DNA of 64,000 nt from positions 384,001 to 448,000 of the forward strand of contig CAWIIV010000006.1 in assembly GCA_963836205.1 (NCBI GenBank), in the 5' to 3' direction. This document shows positions 19,800-32,524 of the stretch, in pieces (the first letter of the stretch is position 1; each line of letters starts with the position of its first letter). Under the pieces are notes generated by a model. It was not told the DNA's origin, did not search any database, and was given only the letters and a program-made list of their open reading frames with translations. The position numbers were made by a program, and so were the translations under genes. This DNA comes from an uncultured Acidimicrobiia bacterium (GTDB taxonomy: Bacteria > Actinomycetota > Acidimicrobiia > Acidimicrobiales > AC-14).

Positions 19800-21074
19800 C
19801 TACTGGTCGAGGCGAAGGAGGTCGGCCGTCGTCTCCCGCCGAACCACCTCCCGGACCACCCCGTCGCGGACGAAGACCACCGCCGGCCGGGGCACCTTGT
19901 TGTAGTTGGACGCCATTGCATGCCCGTAGGCGCCGGTCACAGGGGTGCAGATGATGTCGCCGACAGCCAGGTCGGCCGGGACCTGGGCGTCGCGCACCAC
20001 CACGTCGCCCGACTCGCAGTGCTTGCCCACCACCGTGACGGTGCGGGGACGGGCGGCGTCGGTGGCCCGGGGCAGGAAGGCCTCGTAACCGCTGCCGTAG
20101 AGCACGGGCCGGGGGTTGTCGCTCATGCCCCCGTCGACGGCCACGTAGGTGCGCACGCCGGGGACGTCCTTCACCGTGCCGACCCTGTAGAGGGTGAGGC
20201 CGCCGGCAGCGGCGATGGCCCGTCCCGGCTCGGCCGTGACCCGGGACGCGATCCCCGCGGCCAGGCACGCCTCCTGGAGCACCTTGGCCCACTGGCTGAT
20301 CGTGGGCGCGTCCTCGCCGTCGACGTAGGCCACGCCCAGGCCCCCGCCCAGGCACAGCTCGGGCAGCCCGAGGGGGGCCACGAAGTCGGCCAGCACCTCC
20401 ACCGCCTTCTCGAACGAGTGGAGCAGGAAGATCTGGCTGCCGATGTGGGCGTGCACGCCCACCAGCTCGAACGCGGGCGAGTCGGCGATGCGGTCGACGG
20501 CGAGGGCGGCGTCGCCGCTGGCCAGGCCGAATCCGAACTTGGAGTCGACCTGGCCGGTCATGACGTACTCGTGGGTGTGGGCCTCGACGCCCGGCGTCAC
20601 CCGCACCATCACCCGGGTGGGACGGCCGTCGTCGGCGTGGATCGCCTCCAGCCGGCGGATCTCGTCGAACGAGTCGACCACCACCTTGACGCCGAGGTGG
20701 TGGGCACGGGACAGCTCGTCGTACGACTTGTTGTTGCCGTGGAGGACGATCCGATCGGACGGCACGCCTGCGGTGAGGGCCACGTGCAGCTCGCCGCCGG
20801 TGGCCACGTCGACGTGCATGCCCTCCTCGTGGACGAGCCGGGCCATGGCCAGGCAGAGGAAGGCCTTCGACCCGTAGGCCACGCCGTCGCCGAACGAGGC
20901 CACCGCCTCCCGGCAGCGGGCCCGCAGGTGCTCCTCGTCGTAGACGAACAGGGGCGTGCCGACCTCGTCGGCCAGGGAGACCAGGTCGACGCCACCCACG
21001 CGGAGCCCGCCGCCGGGGCCGACGGTGGCGGTGTCGGGCAGGAGGTGGCGGGGAAGGGGGCCAACCCCGATCAC
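19800..21074 (-). CDS. lysA: Diaminopimelate decarboxylase
   Basis: GTPLFVYDE, YGSKAF, HGNNKS, HIGSQ, EPGR, HCESGD. Confidence 0.96.
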   Translation of the reverse strand: MIGVGPLPRHLLPDTATVGPGGGLRVGGVDLVSLADEVGTPLFVYDEEHLRARCREAVASFGDGVAYGSKAFLCLAMARLVHEEGMHVDVATGGELHVALTAGVPSDRIVLHGNNKSYDELSRAHHLGVKVVVDSFDEIRRLEAIHADDGRPTRVMVRVTPGVEAHTHEYVMTGQVDSKFGFGLASGDAALAVDRIADSPAFELVGVHAHIGSQIFLLHSFEKAVEVLADFVAPLGLPELCLGGGLGVAYVDGEDAPTISQWAKVLQEACLAAGIASRVTAEPGRAIAAAGGLTLYRVGTVKDVPGVRTYVAVDGGMSDNPRPVLYGSGYEAFLPRATDAARPRTVTVVGKHCESGDVVVRDAQVPADLAVGDIICTPVTGAYGHAMASNYNKVPRPAVVFVRDGVVREVVRRETTADLLRLDQ

Positions 21075-21084
21075 GAGAGGCCCG

Positions 21085-22689
21085 TCACATCGACTTGGGG
21101 GCGCTGACCCCCAGCAGGTCGAGGCCGATGGCGAGGCCGATGCGGGTGGCCTCCACCAGCCACAGCCGGGCCTGGGTCAGCTCGGGGCTGACCCCCTCCC
21201 CCATCACGTAGCAGTCGTAGTAGAAGCCGTGGAAGCGGCCGGCCAGCTCTCGGGCCCAGGTGGTGACCTTGTGCGGGGCCCGGGTGCGGCAGCCGTCGAC
21301 CACCGCCGCCGGCAGCTGGCCCAGGCTGCGGAGGACGTCGAGCTCGCGGGGGTGGGTGAGCAGGCCGATGTCGACGGTGTCGAACGGCCGCCGCTCGATC
21401 CCCCGGGACGCGGCCGTGGTCGCGATCGAGTGGATGCGGGCGTGGGCGTACTGGACGTAATAGACGGGGTTCTCCAGCGAGCGCATGACGACCGCGGCCA
21501 GGTCGAAGCTCTGGCGGTTGTCGATGGACTGGAGCAGGAACGTGAGCCGGGCCACGTCGGCGCCGACCTCGTCGAGCACCTCGGCCAGCTCGATGAACTC
21601 CCCGCTGCGCTTGCCCATGCGCACGATCTCACCCGCCCGCAACAGCGTCACCAGCTGGCCGAGGATGATCTCCAGCCGGTCGGGGTCGTAGCCCAGGGCC
21701 TGCATGCCGACCTTGAGCCGGGCCACGTGGCCGTGGTGGTCGGCGCCCCAGATGTCGATGAGACGGTCGAAGCCGCGCTCGAACTTGTCGCGGTGGTAGG
21801 CGATGTCGCCCAGCAGGTAGGTGGGGTCGCCACCGGTCTTGACCAGGACCTCGTCCTTGGCCAGGCCGAAGGCGGTGGCCCGCAGCCACACCGCGCCGTC
21901 GGCCTCGTAGGTGTTCCCCCGGGCGGTGAGGTCGGCCAGGGCGGCCTCGATCGCCCCCGAGGCCACCATCGAGCGCTCGCTGAACCAGGTGTCGAAGCTG
22001 ACGTTGATCCGGGCCAGCGCGCCCCGCAGGTCGGCCAGCACCCGCTCCTCGCCCCATTGGCGGGGGTCGGCGTCGGCCGGCATCTCCGCCGCCCACTCGG
22101 CCACGTACTGGCCCCGGTACCCGTCGTCCGGCACCGGCCGGCCGTCGCGGAGGGCGGCCAGCGACTCGGTGAACAACTCGATCTGCCGGCCCCGGTCGTT
22201 GATGTAGTACTCACGGTGGACCTGGTAGCCGCACCGGTCGAGGATCCGGCAAAGGGAGTCGCCGTAGGCCGCCCACCGCCCGCCCCCGGCGTGGAGAGGC
22301 CCGGTGGGGTTGGCGCTGACGAACTCGACGTTGACCCGCTCCCCGCCGCCGACGTCGGACCGGGCGTAGTCGTCGACGCCGGCCTCCACCACCTGGCGCA
22401 GGACCTCGTGGAGCCAGGCGTCGTCGAGGCGGAAGTTCACGAAGCCGGGGCCGGCCACGCTGACCGCGGCCACGTAGGGGGGCGGGTCGGCCGTGAGGCG
22501 GGCGACGATGCCGTCGGCCAGCTCCCGCGGCCGGCGGTGGGTGGCTCCGGCCAGGGCCAGGGCGACGTTCGACGACCAGTCGCCGTGCTCGGGACGGGCG
22601 GGGCGCTCGATGGAGATGGTGGGCGGTGGCTCGATACCGTCGGCCACCAGGGCGGCGCGCACGGACTCGGCCAGGAGCTCCCTAATCAA
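21085..22689 (-). CDS. argS: Arginine--tRNA ligase
   Basis: EFVSANPTGPLHAG, WGADHHG, MGKRSG, NPVYYVQYAHAR. Confidence 0.97.
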   Translation of the reverse strand: MIRELLAESVRAALVADGIEPPPTISIERPARPEHGDWSSNVALALAGATHRRPRELADGIVARLTADPPPYVAAVSVAGPGFVNFRLDDAWLHEVLRQVVEAGVDDYARSDVGGGERVNVEFVSANPTGPLHAGGGRWAAYGDSLCRILDRCGYQVHREYYINDRGRQIELFTESLAALRDGRPVPDDGYRGQYVAEWAAEMPADADPRQWGEERVLADLRGALARINVSFDTWFSERSMVASGAIEAALADLTARGNTYEADGAVWLRATAFGLAKDEVLVKTGGDPTYLLGDIAYHRDKFERGFDRLIDIWGADHHGHVARLKVGMQALGYDPDRLEIILGQLVTLLRAGEIVRMGKRSGEFIELAEVLDEVGADVARLTFLLQSIDNRQSFDLAAVVMRSLENPVYYVQYAHARIHSIATTAASRGIERRPFDTVDIGLLTHPRELDVLRSLGQLPAAVVDGCRTRAPHKVTTWARELAGRFHGFYYDCYVMGEGVSPELTQARLWLVEATRIGLAIGLDLLGVSAPKSM

Positions 22690-22709
22690 TGCGACGGATC
22701 ACGTGGGGC

Positions 22710-23090
22710 CTACCGGCGGGGCTTGCCCATGACCGCGTTGAGGCGGTCGATGAGCTGGATCGGGTCGAACGGCTTGGTGATGTAGTCGTCGGCGCCCATG
22801 TCGAGGCCGTGCTCGACCTCGGACTTCTGGGCCTTGGCCGACAGCAGGATGACGGGTAGGTCCTCGGTGCGGGGGTCGCTCTTGAGGTCGGACAGGAGCT
22901 GGAGGCCGTCGCGCCGGGGCATCATGATGTCGGAGATCACCACGTCGGGCTGGAGCTCCTGGGCCAGGGCGAACCCCTCGTCGCCGTCGTGGGCGCACAC
23001 CACGTCGAAGCCCTCGATCTCGAAGTTCACCCGCAGGAGCTCGAGGATCACCGGGTCGTCGTCGATCACCAGTACGGTCAGCTTGCCCAC
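22710..23090 (-). CDS. Single-domain response regulator
   Basis: VIDDD, SDIMMP, LSA, YITKPF; no output domain. Confidence 0.92.
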   Translation of the reverse strand: MGKLTVLVIDDDPVILELLRVNFEIEGFDVVCAHDGDEGFALAQELQPDVVISDIMMPRRDGLQLLSDLKSDPRTEDLPVILLSAKAQKSEVEHGLDMGADDYITKPFDPIQLIDRLNAVMGKPRR

Positions 23091-23169
23091 CCCGACGATG
23101 GTATCGGGGCACCACTCCCGTCCCGGCTGGCGGGGTACGATCGAAAGCTGCCGCCCTCGTAGCGAAGGG

Positions 23170-23241
23170 GCCCTCGTAGCTCAGGGGATAGAGCACCGCC
23201 CTCCGGAGGCGGGTGCGTAGGTTCGAATCCTACCGGGGGCA
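23170..23241 (+). tRNA. tRNA-Arg(CCG)
   Basis: GCCCTCG/CGGGGGC acceptor stem, ccgcc-ctCCGga-ggcgg anticodon arm, GTTCGAATC; CCA not encoded. Confidence 0.96.
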
Positions 23242-23354
23242 CGCTCCGGACCTGCCTGTTCGCGGGTCCGGAAGTGATCCTCCCGCGGCGTTTGCGTCCG
23301 CCCCCCGGGCTGCGCCGGACGGTACGCGCTCGGCGCCCTGGAAGACTCACGCAC

Positions 23355-24185
23355 ATGCGCGTGCGGTTCTGCGGGGTGCGGGGTTCGACGTCGGCGCCGG
23401 GGGCCGAGTTCGTCCGCTACGGGGGCCACACCTCGTGCGTGGCCCTGGCCCACGACGGCGCCCGTCCGAGCCTCGTCCTCGACGGCGGCACCGGCCTCCA
23501 GAACCTGACCCGCCACCTCGACGGGCACCCGTTCCAGGGAACGATCCTCCTCGGCCACCTCCACTGGGACCACACCCACGGGCTGCCGTTCTTCGCCGCC
23601 GGCGTCCAGCCGGGCAGCGAGGTCACGGTCGTCATGCCCGCCCAGGGCGACCCCGAAGAGGTGCTGGCCCGGGCCTTCTCGCCGCCCCACTTCCCGGTCA
23701 CGGCCGCCGAGCTCACCGGGAGCTGGCGGATCACGTCCTGCGACGTGGGCGACCACGTCCTCGAGGGGTTCCGGGTGGTGGCGGCCGAGATCCCCCACAA
23801 GGGCGGCCGCACGTTCGGGTTCCGGATCACCGACGGCGCCGCCACCATCGCCTACCTGTCCGACCACAGCCCGGTCACGATGGGCGAGGGTCCCTACGGC
23901 CTGGGCGCCTACCACCCGGCGGCCATGTACCTGGCCCGGGGCGCCGACGTCCTCATCCACGACGCCCAGCACACGGCGGCCGAGTTCCCCTCGGTGAGCT
24001 TCCTCGGCCACGCCGCCGTCGAGTACGCGGTGGGCCTGGCCGAGGCGGCCGGCGTCCGCACCCTGGTGCTCTTCCACCACGACCCGTGCCGCACCGACGA
24101 CCAGCTCGACGCCGTCGTCGCCGCCCACCAGGGCGGATCGGTCGAAGTCGTCGCCGCCGCCGAGGGGATGGTCCTCGACCTCTGA
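23355..24185 (+). CDS. MBL-fold metallo-hydrolase
   Basis: GVRGS, YGGHTSC, HLHWDH, LIHDAQ, FHHDP. Confidence 0.92.
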   Translation: MRVRFCGVRGSTSAPGAEFVRYGGHTSCVALAHDGARPSLVLDGGTGLQNLTRHLDGHPFQGTILLGHLHWDHTHGLPFFAAGVQPGSEVTVVMPAQGDPEEVLARAFSPPHFPVTAAELTGSWRITSCDVGDHVLEGFRVVAAEIPHKGGRTFGFRITDGAATIAYLSDHSPVTMGEGPYGLGAYHPAAMYLARGADVLIHDAQHTAAEFPSVSFLGHAAVEYAVGLAEAAGVRTLVLFHHDPCRTDDQLDAVVAAHQGGSVEVVAAAEGMVLDL

Positions 24186-24190
24186 CAGGC

Positions 24191-24233
24191 TTCTGGAGGA
24201 AAAACGACACCTGATGTGGCATTTCCTCCAGAA
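24191..24233. terminator. Inverted repeat between convergent genes
   Basis: ttctggaggaaa ... tttcctccagaa. Confidence 0.55.
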
Positions 24234-24241
24234 CCCGCCGC

Positions 24242-25672
24242 TCAGCGGAGGTGCTGAAGGGCGGACTGGGCCGCCCACCAGCCGCACATGCCGTGGACGC
24301 CAGCCCCCGGCGGCGTGGACGCCGAGCAGAGGAAGGCGTTCATCCCCTCGATCGGCAGGCGGTAGGGGTCGAGGGCCAGGCGGGGCCGGGCGACCAGCTG
24401 GAGTCCGCCGTGGGAGCCGCCGGCCACGTCGCCGCCGACGTTGTTGGCGTTGTGGCGCTCGAGGTCGGCCGGGAACATGGTGTGGCGGGCGAGGACGAGG
24501 TCGCGGAAGCCGGGGGCGAAGCGCTCGATCTGGGCCTCGATGGCGGCGGTCATGTCGACGGTGGACCCGTGGGGGACGTGGCAGTAGGCCCAGAACGTGT
24601 GCTGGCCGGCGGGGGCCCGGGTCTCGTCGAAGCAGCTGGGCTGGGCGGTGAGGACGAAGGGGCGCTCCGGGTGGCGGCCCTGGGCCACGTCCCGCTCGGC
24701 TGCCGTGACTTCGTCGAGGGTGCCTCCGACGTGCACCGACCCGGCCCGGGCGCACCCTTCCGCGGCCCACGGCACCGGCCCGGACAGCGCGTAGTCGACC
24801 TTGAACGAGCCCGGTCCGTGGCGGTACCGGGTCAGCCGGCGGCGCTGGAGGCGGTGCAGCCGGAGGCCGGCGATGGCCGCCACCTGCCGGGGGTTGAGGT
24901 CGAACAGCACGGTCCGAGCCGGGGGCAGGTCGGCCAGCGACGTCACCCGCTGCCCGGTGACCACCTCGCCCCCCAGGGAGCGCAGGTAGGAGACGAGGGC
25001 GTCGGCGAGTCGCTGGGACCCCCCTCTGGCCGCAGGCCAGCCCACGGCGTGGCCGGAGGCGGTGAACGTCAGCCCGAACGACGAGGTGAGCGGGGCCCCG
25101 AGGTCGAGGATGGCGTGGGCCGCCATGCCCGCGAACAGGCCCCGGGCGGCATCGCCCTCGAACGCCCTCCGGGCGAGCGTCCGGGCCGGCCACAGGGCCT
25201 TCGACCCGAAGCGGGCGAGTGTCACCGGGTGACGGGGAAGGCGGATCATCGGACCGAGCACGGAGGAGGCGACGTCGTCCCACCGGTCGACGAACGGCTC
25301 CACCAGGCGGCGCCAGGCCCGGGCGTCGACACCGAGCCCGTCGGCCGTCGCCGCCAGCGAGCGCTCCAGCACGGCCGCGCGCCCGCCGGGCAGGGGATGG
25401 GCGGCCGGCGCCTCGGGATGGACCCACTCCAGGCCGTGGTCGGCGAGGGGGAGGTCGGCGAAGACGGGCGACGACACCCCGAGGGGGTGGATGGCGGAGC
25501 AGACGTCGTGGACGAAGCCGGGCAGGGTCAGGGCCGCCGACCGGCAGCCGCCACCAGGCCCGTCCTCCGCCTCCAGCACCAGCACCGAGCACCCGGCCCG
25601 GGCGAGGGTCACCGCGGCCGCCAGCCCGTTGGGGCCGGCCCCGACCACGACCGCGTCCGGCCCGTTGCTCAC
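24242..25672 (-). CDS. Phytoene dehydrogenase-like FAD-dependent oxidoreductase
   Basis: GAGPNGL, GFVHDVCSAIHP, CSASTPPGAGVHGMCG. Confidence 0.9.
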   Translation of the reverse strand: MSNGPDAVVVGAGPNGLAAAVTLARAGCSVLVLEAEDGPGGGCRSAALTLPGFVHDVCSAIHPLGVSSPVFADLPLADHGLEWVHPEAPAAHPLPGGRAAVLERSLAATADGLGVDARAWRRLVEPFVDRWDDVASSVLGPMIRLPRHPVTLARFGSKALWPARTLARRAFEGDAARGLFAGMAAHAILDLGAPLTSSFGLTFTASGHAVGWPAARGGSQRLADALVSYLRSLGGEVVTGQRVTSLADLPPARTVLFDLNPRQVAAIAGLRLHRLQRRRLTRYRHGPGSFKVDYALSGPVPWAAEGCARAGSVHVGGTLDEVTAAERDVAQGRHPERPFVLTAQPSCFDETRAPAGQHTFWAYCHVPHGSTVDMTAAIEAQIERFAPGFRDLVLARHTMFPADLERHNANNVGGDVAGGSHGGLQLVARPRLALDPYRLPIEGMNAFLCSASTPPGAGVHGMCGWWAAQSALQHLR

Positions 25673-25821
25673 GCGGGCGATTTCCGGCTGACCTCAGCGC
25701 CGTCGGACACCCGCAGGTTCTGAACCCCGACGAACGCTACCGGGCTCATCGCGACCAGCCTTTCACCCTCCAGCGCGCCGCCCGTCGGCAGCCGGCCGCC
25801 GATGACGACCGCTGCGGGGCG

Positions 25822-27940
<2,119 letters not shown>

Positions 27941-28119
27941 GGTACCCCCGACCCCACCGACCTCATGCCCGACGGTCGAACTCCTCGCCGGGACGACGCC
28001 AGCCGAGGGGTGTCCGGCCGTCGCCGGTCATGACGTCGGCCCGCGCCGTGGTCCGGCGTGGCCACCTCGCCGACGTGGGCCTTTCGTCGGGACGGGTCCG
28101 TCGGGCATGATGACCGGCC

Positions 28120-31100
28120 ATGGCGGGCGGTCTCAGCCCTCGCGGCGCGGCTCACCACCCGGCCCGAGCCGGTCGGGGACCGTCGCGGGGGCGCGCCCTG
28201 GCCGCCTCGCTCGCCATCCTGGCCGCCGTCGTCGGCGGGGTGAACCCGCCGCCCGCGAGCGCGGCGACCTTCGTGGTCACCACCACCGCCGACGCCGGGC
28301 CAGGGTCGCTGCGCCAGGCCATCGCCGACGCCAATGCCACCCCCGGCGCCGACACCATCTCGTTCGACATCGTCGGCGTGGCGCCGGAGATCGTCCTGCT
28401 GTCGCCGTTGGACGCCATCACCGACACCGTCGTCGTCGACGGCACCACGCAACCGGGCTTCGCCGGCACCCCGGTCGTCGCCCTCAGTGAGGCCGCCGGC
28501 GTGTTCCCGTTCGACGGGCTGACCATCCAGGCCGACGATTCCATCGTGCGGAGCCTGGCCGTCGGCGGCGGCTTTTTCCACGGCATCGTCGTCTCGGCCA
28601 GCAACGTCACCATCGAGGGCAACCACGTCGGGGTCGACGGGTCCGGCACCGTGGCCGCTCCGAACTTCACGGGCATCCTGGCCGATGTCGGGCGAGGCAG
28701 TCTCTTCTCCGGCAACGTCGTCTCCGGCAACTTCCGGGACGGCTTCGAGGTGGCCGGCCCCGCCAACGTCCTCGTGGCCAACTTCGTCGGCACCGACCGC
28801 GACGGCACCGCCGCCATCCCGAACGGGGAGAACGGCATCCGGCTGGCGTCGAGCCTGCGCAACCAGGTGGGCGGCACCGACCCCGCCGATCGCAACGTGA
28901 TCTCGGGCAACGTCGAGGCCGGGGTCAGGGACCAGTTCGACTTCTTCGCGGTTGCCGGCAACGTGATCGAGGGGAACTTCGTCGGCACCGACGTGACCGG
29001 CTCGGTCGCCATCCCCAACGACGTGGGCGTCCGGGTCTTCAACAGCGTCGGCACCATCGGCGGGACCGCCGGCGGGGCGGGGAACCTCGTCTCCGGCAAC
29101 GCCACCCGCGGCATCGACCTCCTGTTCGACCCAGGCGGCACGGGGGTCGTGGTCCAGGGCAACCGGGTCGGCACCGATGTGACGGGCGGGGCCCCGCTCG
29201 GCAACGGCACCGAGGGTGTGGTGATCGCCGGCGGTTCCAACCATCAGATCGGGGGGACGGCCGCGGGTGCCGGCAACGTCATCTCGGGGAACGGCGGCCA
29301 CGGGGTCGAGATGGGCTGCGACCGGGTGACCGATTCGGCGACGATCGAGGGCAACCGCATCGGGACGGGGGCCGACGGGGCCTCCGCCCTCGCCAACGGC
29401 GGCGACGGCGTCCGGGTCTCGTGTTCCGAGCTGACGGTGGTCGGTGGGACTGAGGCCGGGGCGGGGAACGACATCGCGTTCAACGATGGAAACGGGGTGG
29501 CGGCGACCGCGGCGGACGGGACGCACACCATCCGCGGCAACAGCATCCACGACAACGGGCTGCTGGGCATCGACCTCGGAGGGGACGGGATCTCGGCGAA
29601 CGACCCGTCCGACGCCGACGTCGGCCCGAACCAGCTGCAGAACTTTCCCGTCCTCGCGGGGGCGTTGGCGTCGGGGGGCACGACGGCCGTGGCGGGCACG
29701 CTCCAGAGCGCGCCGGCCACCACCTTCACGATCGACGTCTACGCCAACTCCGCCTGCGACCTGTCGGGCAACGGGGAAGGGGAGACCCCGGTCGGCTCGA
29801 CCACGGTGATCACCAACGGGGGCCAGGGCAACTTCAGCGCCAGCTTCCCGACCGTGCCGGGCCAGGCCGTGATCACCGCGGTCGCCGTCGACCCGGCCGG
29901 CAACAGCTCCGAGTTCTCGAACTGCGTCACCGCCACCGCACCACCGAACGGATCGGGGCCCCCGATCGGTGGCCCCCCGCCGACGACGACTCCGCCGACC
30001 ACGACACCCCCGCCGACCACGACACCCCCGCCGACCACGACACCCCCGCCGACCACGACACCCCCGCCGACCACGACACCGCCGAGCAGCCCGCCCGTCA
30101 CGACCATCCCCGGCCTCACCGCGACCCCTCCGACGGTGCCGGACGGGGCCGCCCTCGGTTCCCAGCCGACGGGCGAGGACCCGATACCCGGGACGGTGCC
30201 GATCGTGGTCGTCGGCACCGACACCCCCTCGACGCCCCCCGGCGGCACACCCCCCGGCGGGACACCGCCCGGCGGCCCCGGCGCCCCCGGTAGCCCGAGT
30301 GGTCCCGGCTCGACGACCGGATCCACCGGCAGCGGCCCGCAGCCGACGATCAACCGCGACCAGGGCCCTCCCGGCGTCGGGTTGGAGGTCGCAGGCACCG
30401 GCTACGCCGGCTGCCGCGAGGTCGTCATCCGCTTCGACGACGTCCGGATCGGCTCGGATCGCCCCGACGACGCCGGCGCCTTCCGTGCCCGCCACCTGGC
30501 CGTTCCCGGCGACTCCAGCGTCGGGAGCCACCTCCTGGGCATCGACTGCCCGGGGTCGCCCGCCATGGAGCGGGGGGTGATGACCTTCGACGTCACGCGG
30601 GCATCGATCCATCGCACCGCGTTCACGACCTCGCTCGCACGTACCGACCAGGTGCCGTGGCGGCTGCCGATCATGCTCGGGAGCGTCCTTTTGGCGTTCC
30701 TCCTGATCGTGCTCCTCGCCTTCCCGGCTGACATCTTCAACAGCACCTACGAGGCCAACCAGGAGGAGGTCCGGGGTTGGTTCCGGCGCCCCCGGGAGGC
30801 GGTGGCATCGGCGACGTCCGCCCGCCGGAGGCTCTCGATCGCCGGGTTCCTCGTCGCGGGTGCCCTCCTCTACGGATTCCTCAGCCCCGGGTTCGGCCCG
30901 AACCGCTCGTCGCTCGCCCTCTTCGTCGGCCTGGCCGGGGCGATGGTGGTCGCCTGCATCGGCTTCCAGGGGCCGGCGAGCTTCTACGTCCACCGCCGCT
31001 ACGGCGAGTGGGGACGGCTGGTGCTCGTGCCGGGCAGCCTGTTGGTGGCCGTGGTCTGCGTCGCCCTGTCCCGGCTGCTGCACTTCCAGCCCGGCTACCT

Positions 31101-31569
31101 CTACGGCCTCCTGGCCGGCCTCGCCTTCCGGCGGCAGCTGACCGGCAGCGACGAGGGCCGGGCCAACGCGGCCACGGCCGTGGCCATGCTCGTCGTGGGC
31201 GTGGGCGCGTGGGCGCTCCGTGACCCCGTCGCCGCGGCCGCGGCCGAACCGGGAGCGCCCTTCGCCACCTTCGCCCTGGAGGCGTTCCTGAGCGCGGTCT
31301 TCCTCCTCACCATCGAGAGCGTCTTCGTCAGCCTCCTGCCCCTCCGCTTCCTCGACGGGAGCAAGGTCTGGGGGTGGAACCGGTTGGCGTGGCTGGCGCT
31401 GTCCACCCTGGCCGGCTTCGTGGTCGTCCACGTCCTGCTCCGTCCCGGCAGCGGCTACGTGGGCCACACGAGCGGCGCGGCGTTGGCCGCGGTGGTTGCC
31501 CTCTACCTCGTCTTCGCCACGGTCTCGGTGTCGTTCTGGGCGTACTTCCGGTTCCGGCCCGCCCGCTGA
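28120..31569 (+). CDS. Large surface protein: parallel beta-helix repeats, Pro/Thr linker, Ig-like segment, polytopic FGLLP-like membrane domain
   Basis: Signal peptide, DAGPGSLRQAI, repeated GN(F/R)VGTD and NVISGN, LGIDL..N.LQNFP, PPTTT repeats, many C-terminal TMs with SLLPLRFLDG. Confidence 0.8.
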   Translation: MAGGLSPRGAAHHPARAGRGPSRGRALAASLAILAAVVGGVNPPPASAATFVVTTTADAGPGSLRQAIADANATPGADTISFDIVGVAPEIVLLSPLDAITDTVVVDGTTQPGFAGTPVVALSEAAGVFPFDGLTIQADDSIVRSLAVGGGFFHGIVVSASNVTIEGNHVGVDGSGTVAAPNFTGILADVGRGSLFSGNVVSGNFRDGFEVAGPANVLVANFVGTDRDGTAAIPNGENGIRLASSLRNQVGGTDPADRNVISGNVEAGVRDQFDFFAVAGNVIEGNFVGTDVTGSVAIPNDVGVRVFNSVGTIGGTAGGAGNLVSGNATRGIDLLFDPGGTGVVVQGNRVGTDVTGGAPLGNGTEGVVIAGGSNHQIGGTAAGAGNVISGNGGHGVEMGCDRVTDSATIEGNRIGTGADGASALANGGDGVRVSCSELTVVGGTEAGAGNDIAFNDGNGVAATAADGTHTIRGNSIHDNGLLGIDLGGDGISANDPSDADVGPNQLQNFPVLAGALASGGTTAVAGTLQSAPATTFTIDVYANSACDLSGNGEGETPVGSTTVITNGGQGNFSASFPTVPGQAVITAVAVDPAGNSSEFSNCVTATAPPNGSGPPIGGPPPTTTPPTTTPPPTTTPPPTTTPPPTTTPPPTTTPPSSPPVTTIPGLTATPPTVPDGAALGSQPTGEDPIPGTVPIVVVGTDTPSTPPGGTPPGGTPPGGPGAPGSPSGPGSTTGSTGSGPQPTINRDQGPPGVGLEVAGTGYAGCREVVIRFDDVRIGSDRPDDAGAFRARHLAVPGDSSVGSHLLGIDCPGSPAMERGVMTFDVTRASIHRTAFTTSLARTDQVPWRLPIMLGSVLLAFLLIVLLAFPADIFNSTYEANQEEVRGWFRRPREAVASATSARRRLSIAGFLVAGALLYGFLSPGFGPNRSSLALFVGLAGAMVVACIGFQGPASFYVHRRYGEWGRLVLVPGSLLVAVVCVALSRLLHFQPGYLYGLLAGLAFRRQLTGSDEGRANAATAVAMLVVGVGAWALRDPVAAAAAEPGAPFATFALEAFLSAVFLLTIESVFVSLLPLRFLDGSKVWGWNRLAWLALSTLAGFVVVHVLLRPGSGYVGHTSGAALAAVVALYLVFATVSVSFWAYFRFRPAR

Positions 31570-31642
31570 CAGCTCCCGCCGTCCGCTACTCCGAACCCCC
31601 CGTCCCGTCGGGGGGCGAGAGGGTCACGAGTATCGTGGGGGG

Positions 31643-32524
31643 ATGGCCCGGTTCGGCGCGGTGGTCACCGCCATGGTTACTCCGTTCGACGTCGAGGGCT
31701 CTCTCGACCTCGACGGCGCCGCCGCGCTCGCCCGCTGGTTGGCCGACCACGGCAGTGACGGGCTGGTCGTCACCGGCACCACCGGCGAGGGCTCGGTGCT
31801 TACCGACGAGGAGAAGCTCGAACTCTGGCGGGCCGTGTCCGAGGCCGTCACCATCCCCGTCGTGGCCGGCGCGGGCAGCAACGACACCGCCCATTCGGTC
31901 GACCTCACCCGCCAGGCGGCCGCCGCCGGCGCGGCCGGTGTGCTCGCGGTCACGCCCTATTACAACCGGCCGTCGCAGTCCGGCATCGAGGCCCATTTCC
32001 GGGCCGTCGCCGCCGCCACCAGCCTGCCCGTCCTGATCTACGACATCCCCGTCCGCACCGGGCGCAAGGTGTCCCACGACGTGCTCCTCCGCCTCGCCAC
32101 CGACGTCCCCAACATCGTCGGGGTCAAGGACGCCGCCTCCGACGTGGCCGCCTCCGCCCGCCTGGTGGTGGCCACGCCCGAGCGCTTCGAGCTCTACAGC
32201 GGCAACGACGACCTCACCCTCGCCCTCCTGGCGGTGGGCGCGGTAGGCGTGGTCGGCGTCGCCACCCACTGGGCCGGGCCCCAGATGTCGGAAATGATCA
32301 CGGCCTTCGCCAAGGGAGACACCCAGCGGGCCCGGGAGGTCAACGCCACCTTGTTCGAGTCCTTCGCCTTCGAGTCGTCCGACGCCGCGCCCAACCCCAT
32401 CCCGTCCAAGGCCATGATGCGGGTGCTCGGCCTCGCGGTCGGCGAGTGCCGGTTGCCGATGGGCCCGGCCCCGGCCGGCGTCGACGACCATGCCCGCCGG
32501 GTGCTGGCCGGTCTGAGCCGTTGA
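31643..32524 (+). CDS. dapA: 4-hydroxy-tetrahydrodipicolinate synthase
   Basis: MVTPF, GTTGEG, VTPYYNRP, YDIP, GVKDA. Confidence 0.96.
   Translation: MARFGAVVTAMVTPFDVEGSLDLDGAAALARWLADHGSDGLVVTGTTGEGSVLTDEEKLELWRAVSEAVTIPVVAGAGSNDTAHSVDLTRQAAAAGAAGVLAVTPYYNRPSQSGIEAHFRAVAAATSLPVLIYDIPVRTGRKVSHDVLLRLATDVPNIVGVKDAASDVAASARLVVATPERFELYSGNDDLTLALLAVGAVGVVGVATHWAGPQMSEMITAFAKGDTQRAREVNATLFESFAFESSDAAPNPIPSKAMMRVLGLAVGECRLPMGPAPAGVDDHARRVLAGLSR

Noticed and set aside
22710-23090. Orphan response regulator as a novelty
   Set aside because: A receiver-only gene between tRNA-Arg and argS is an arrangement I recall from other actinobacteria
23153-23241. Integrative element att site at tRNA-Arg
   Set aside because: Only an 11-bp copy of the 5' end immediately upstream; no integrase and no distal 3'-end repeat seen
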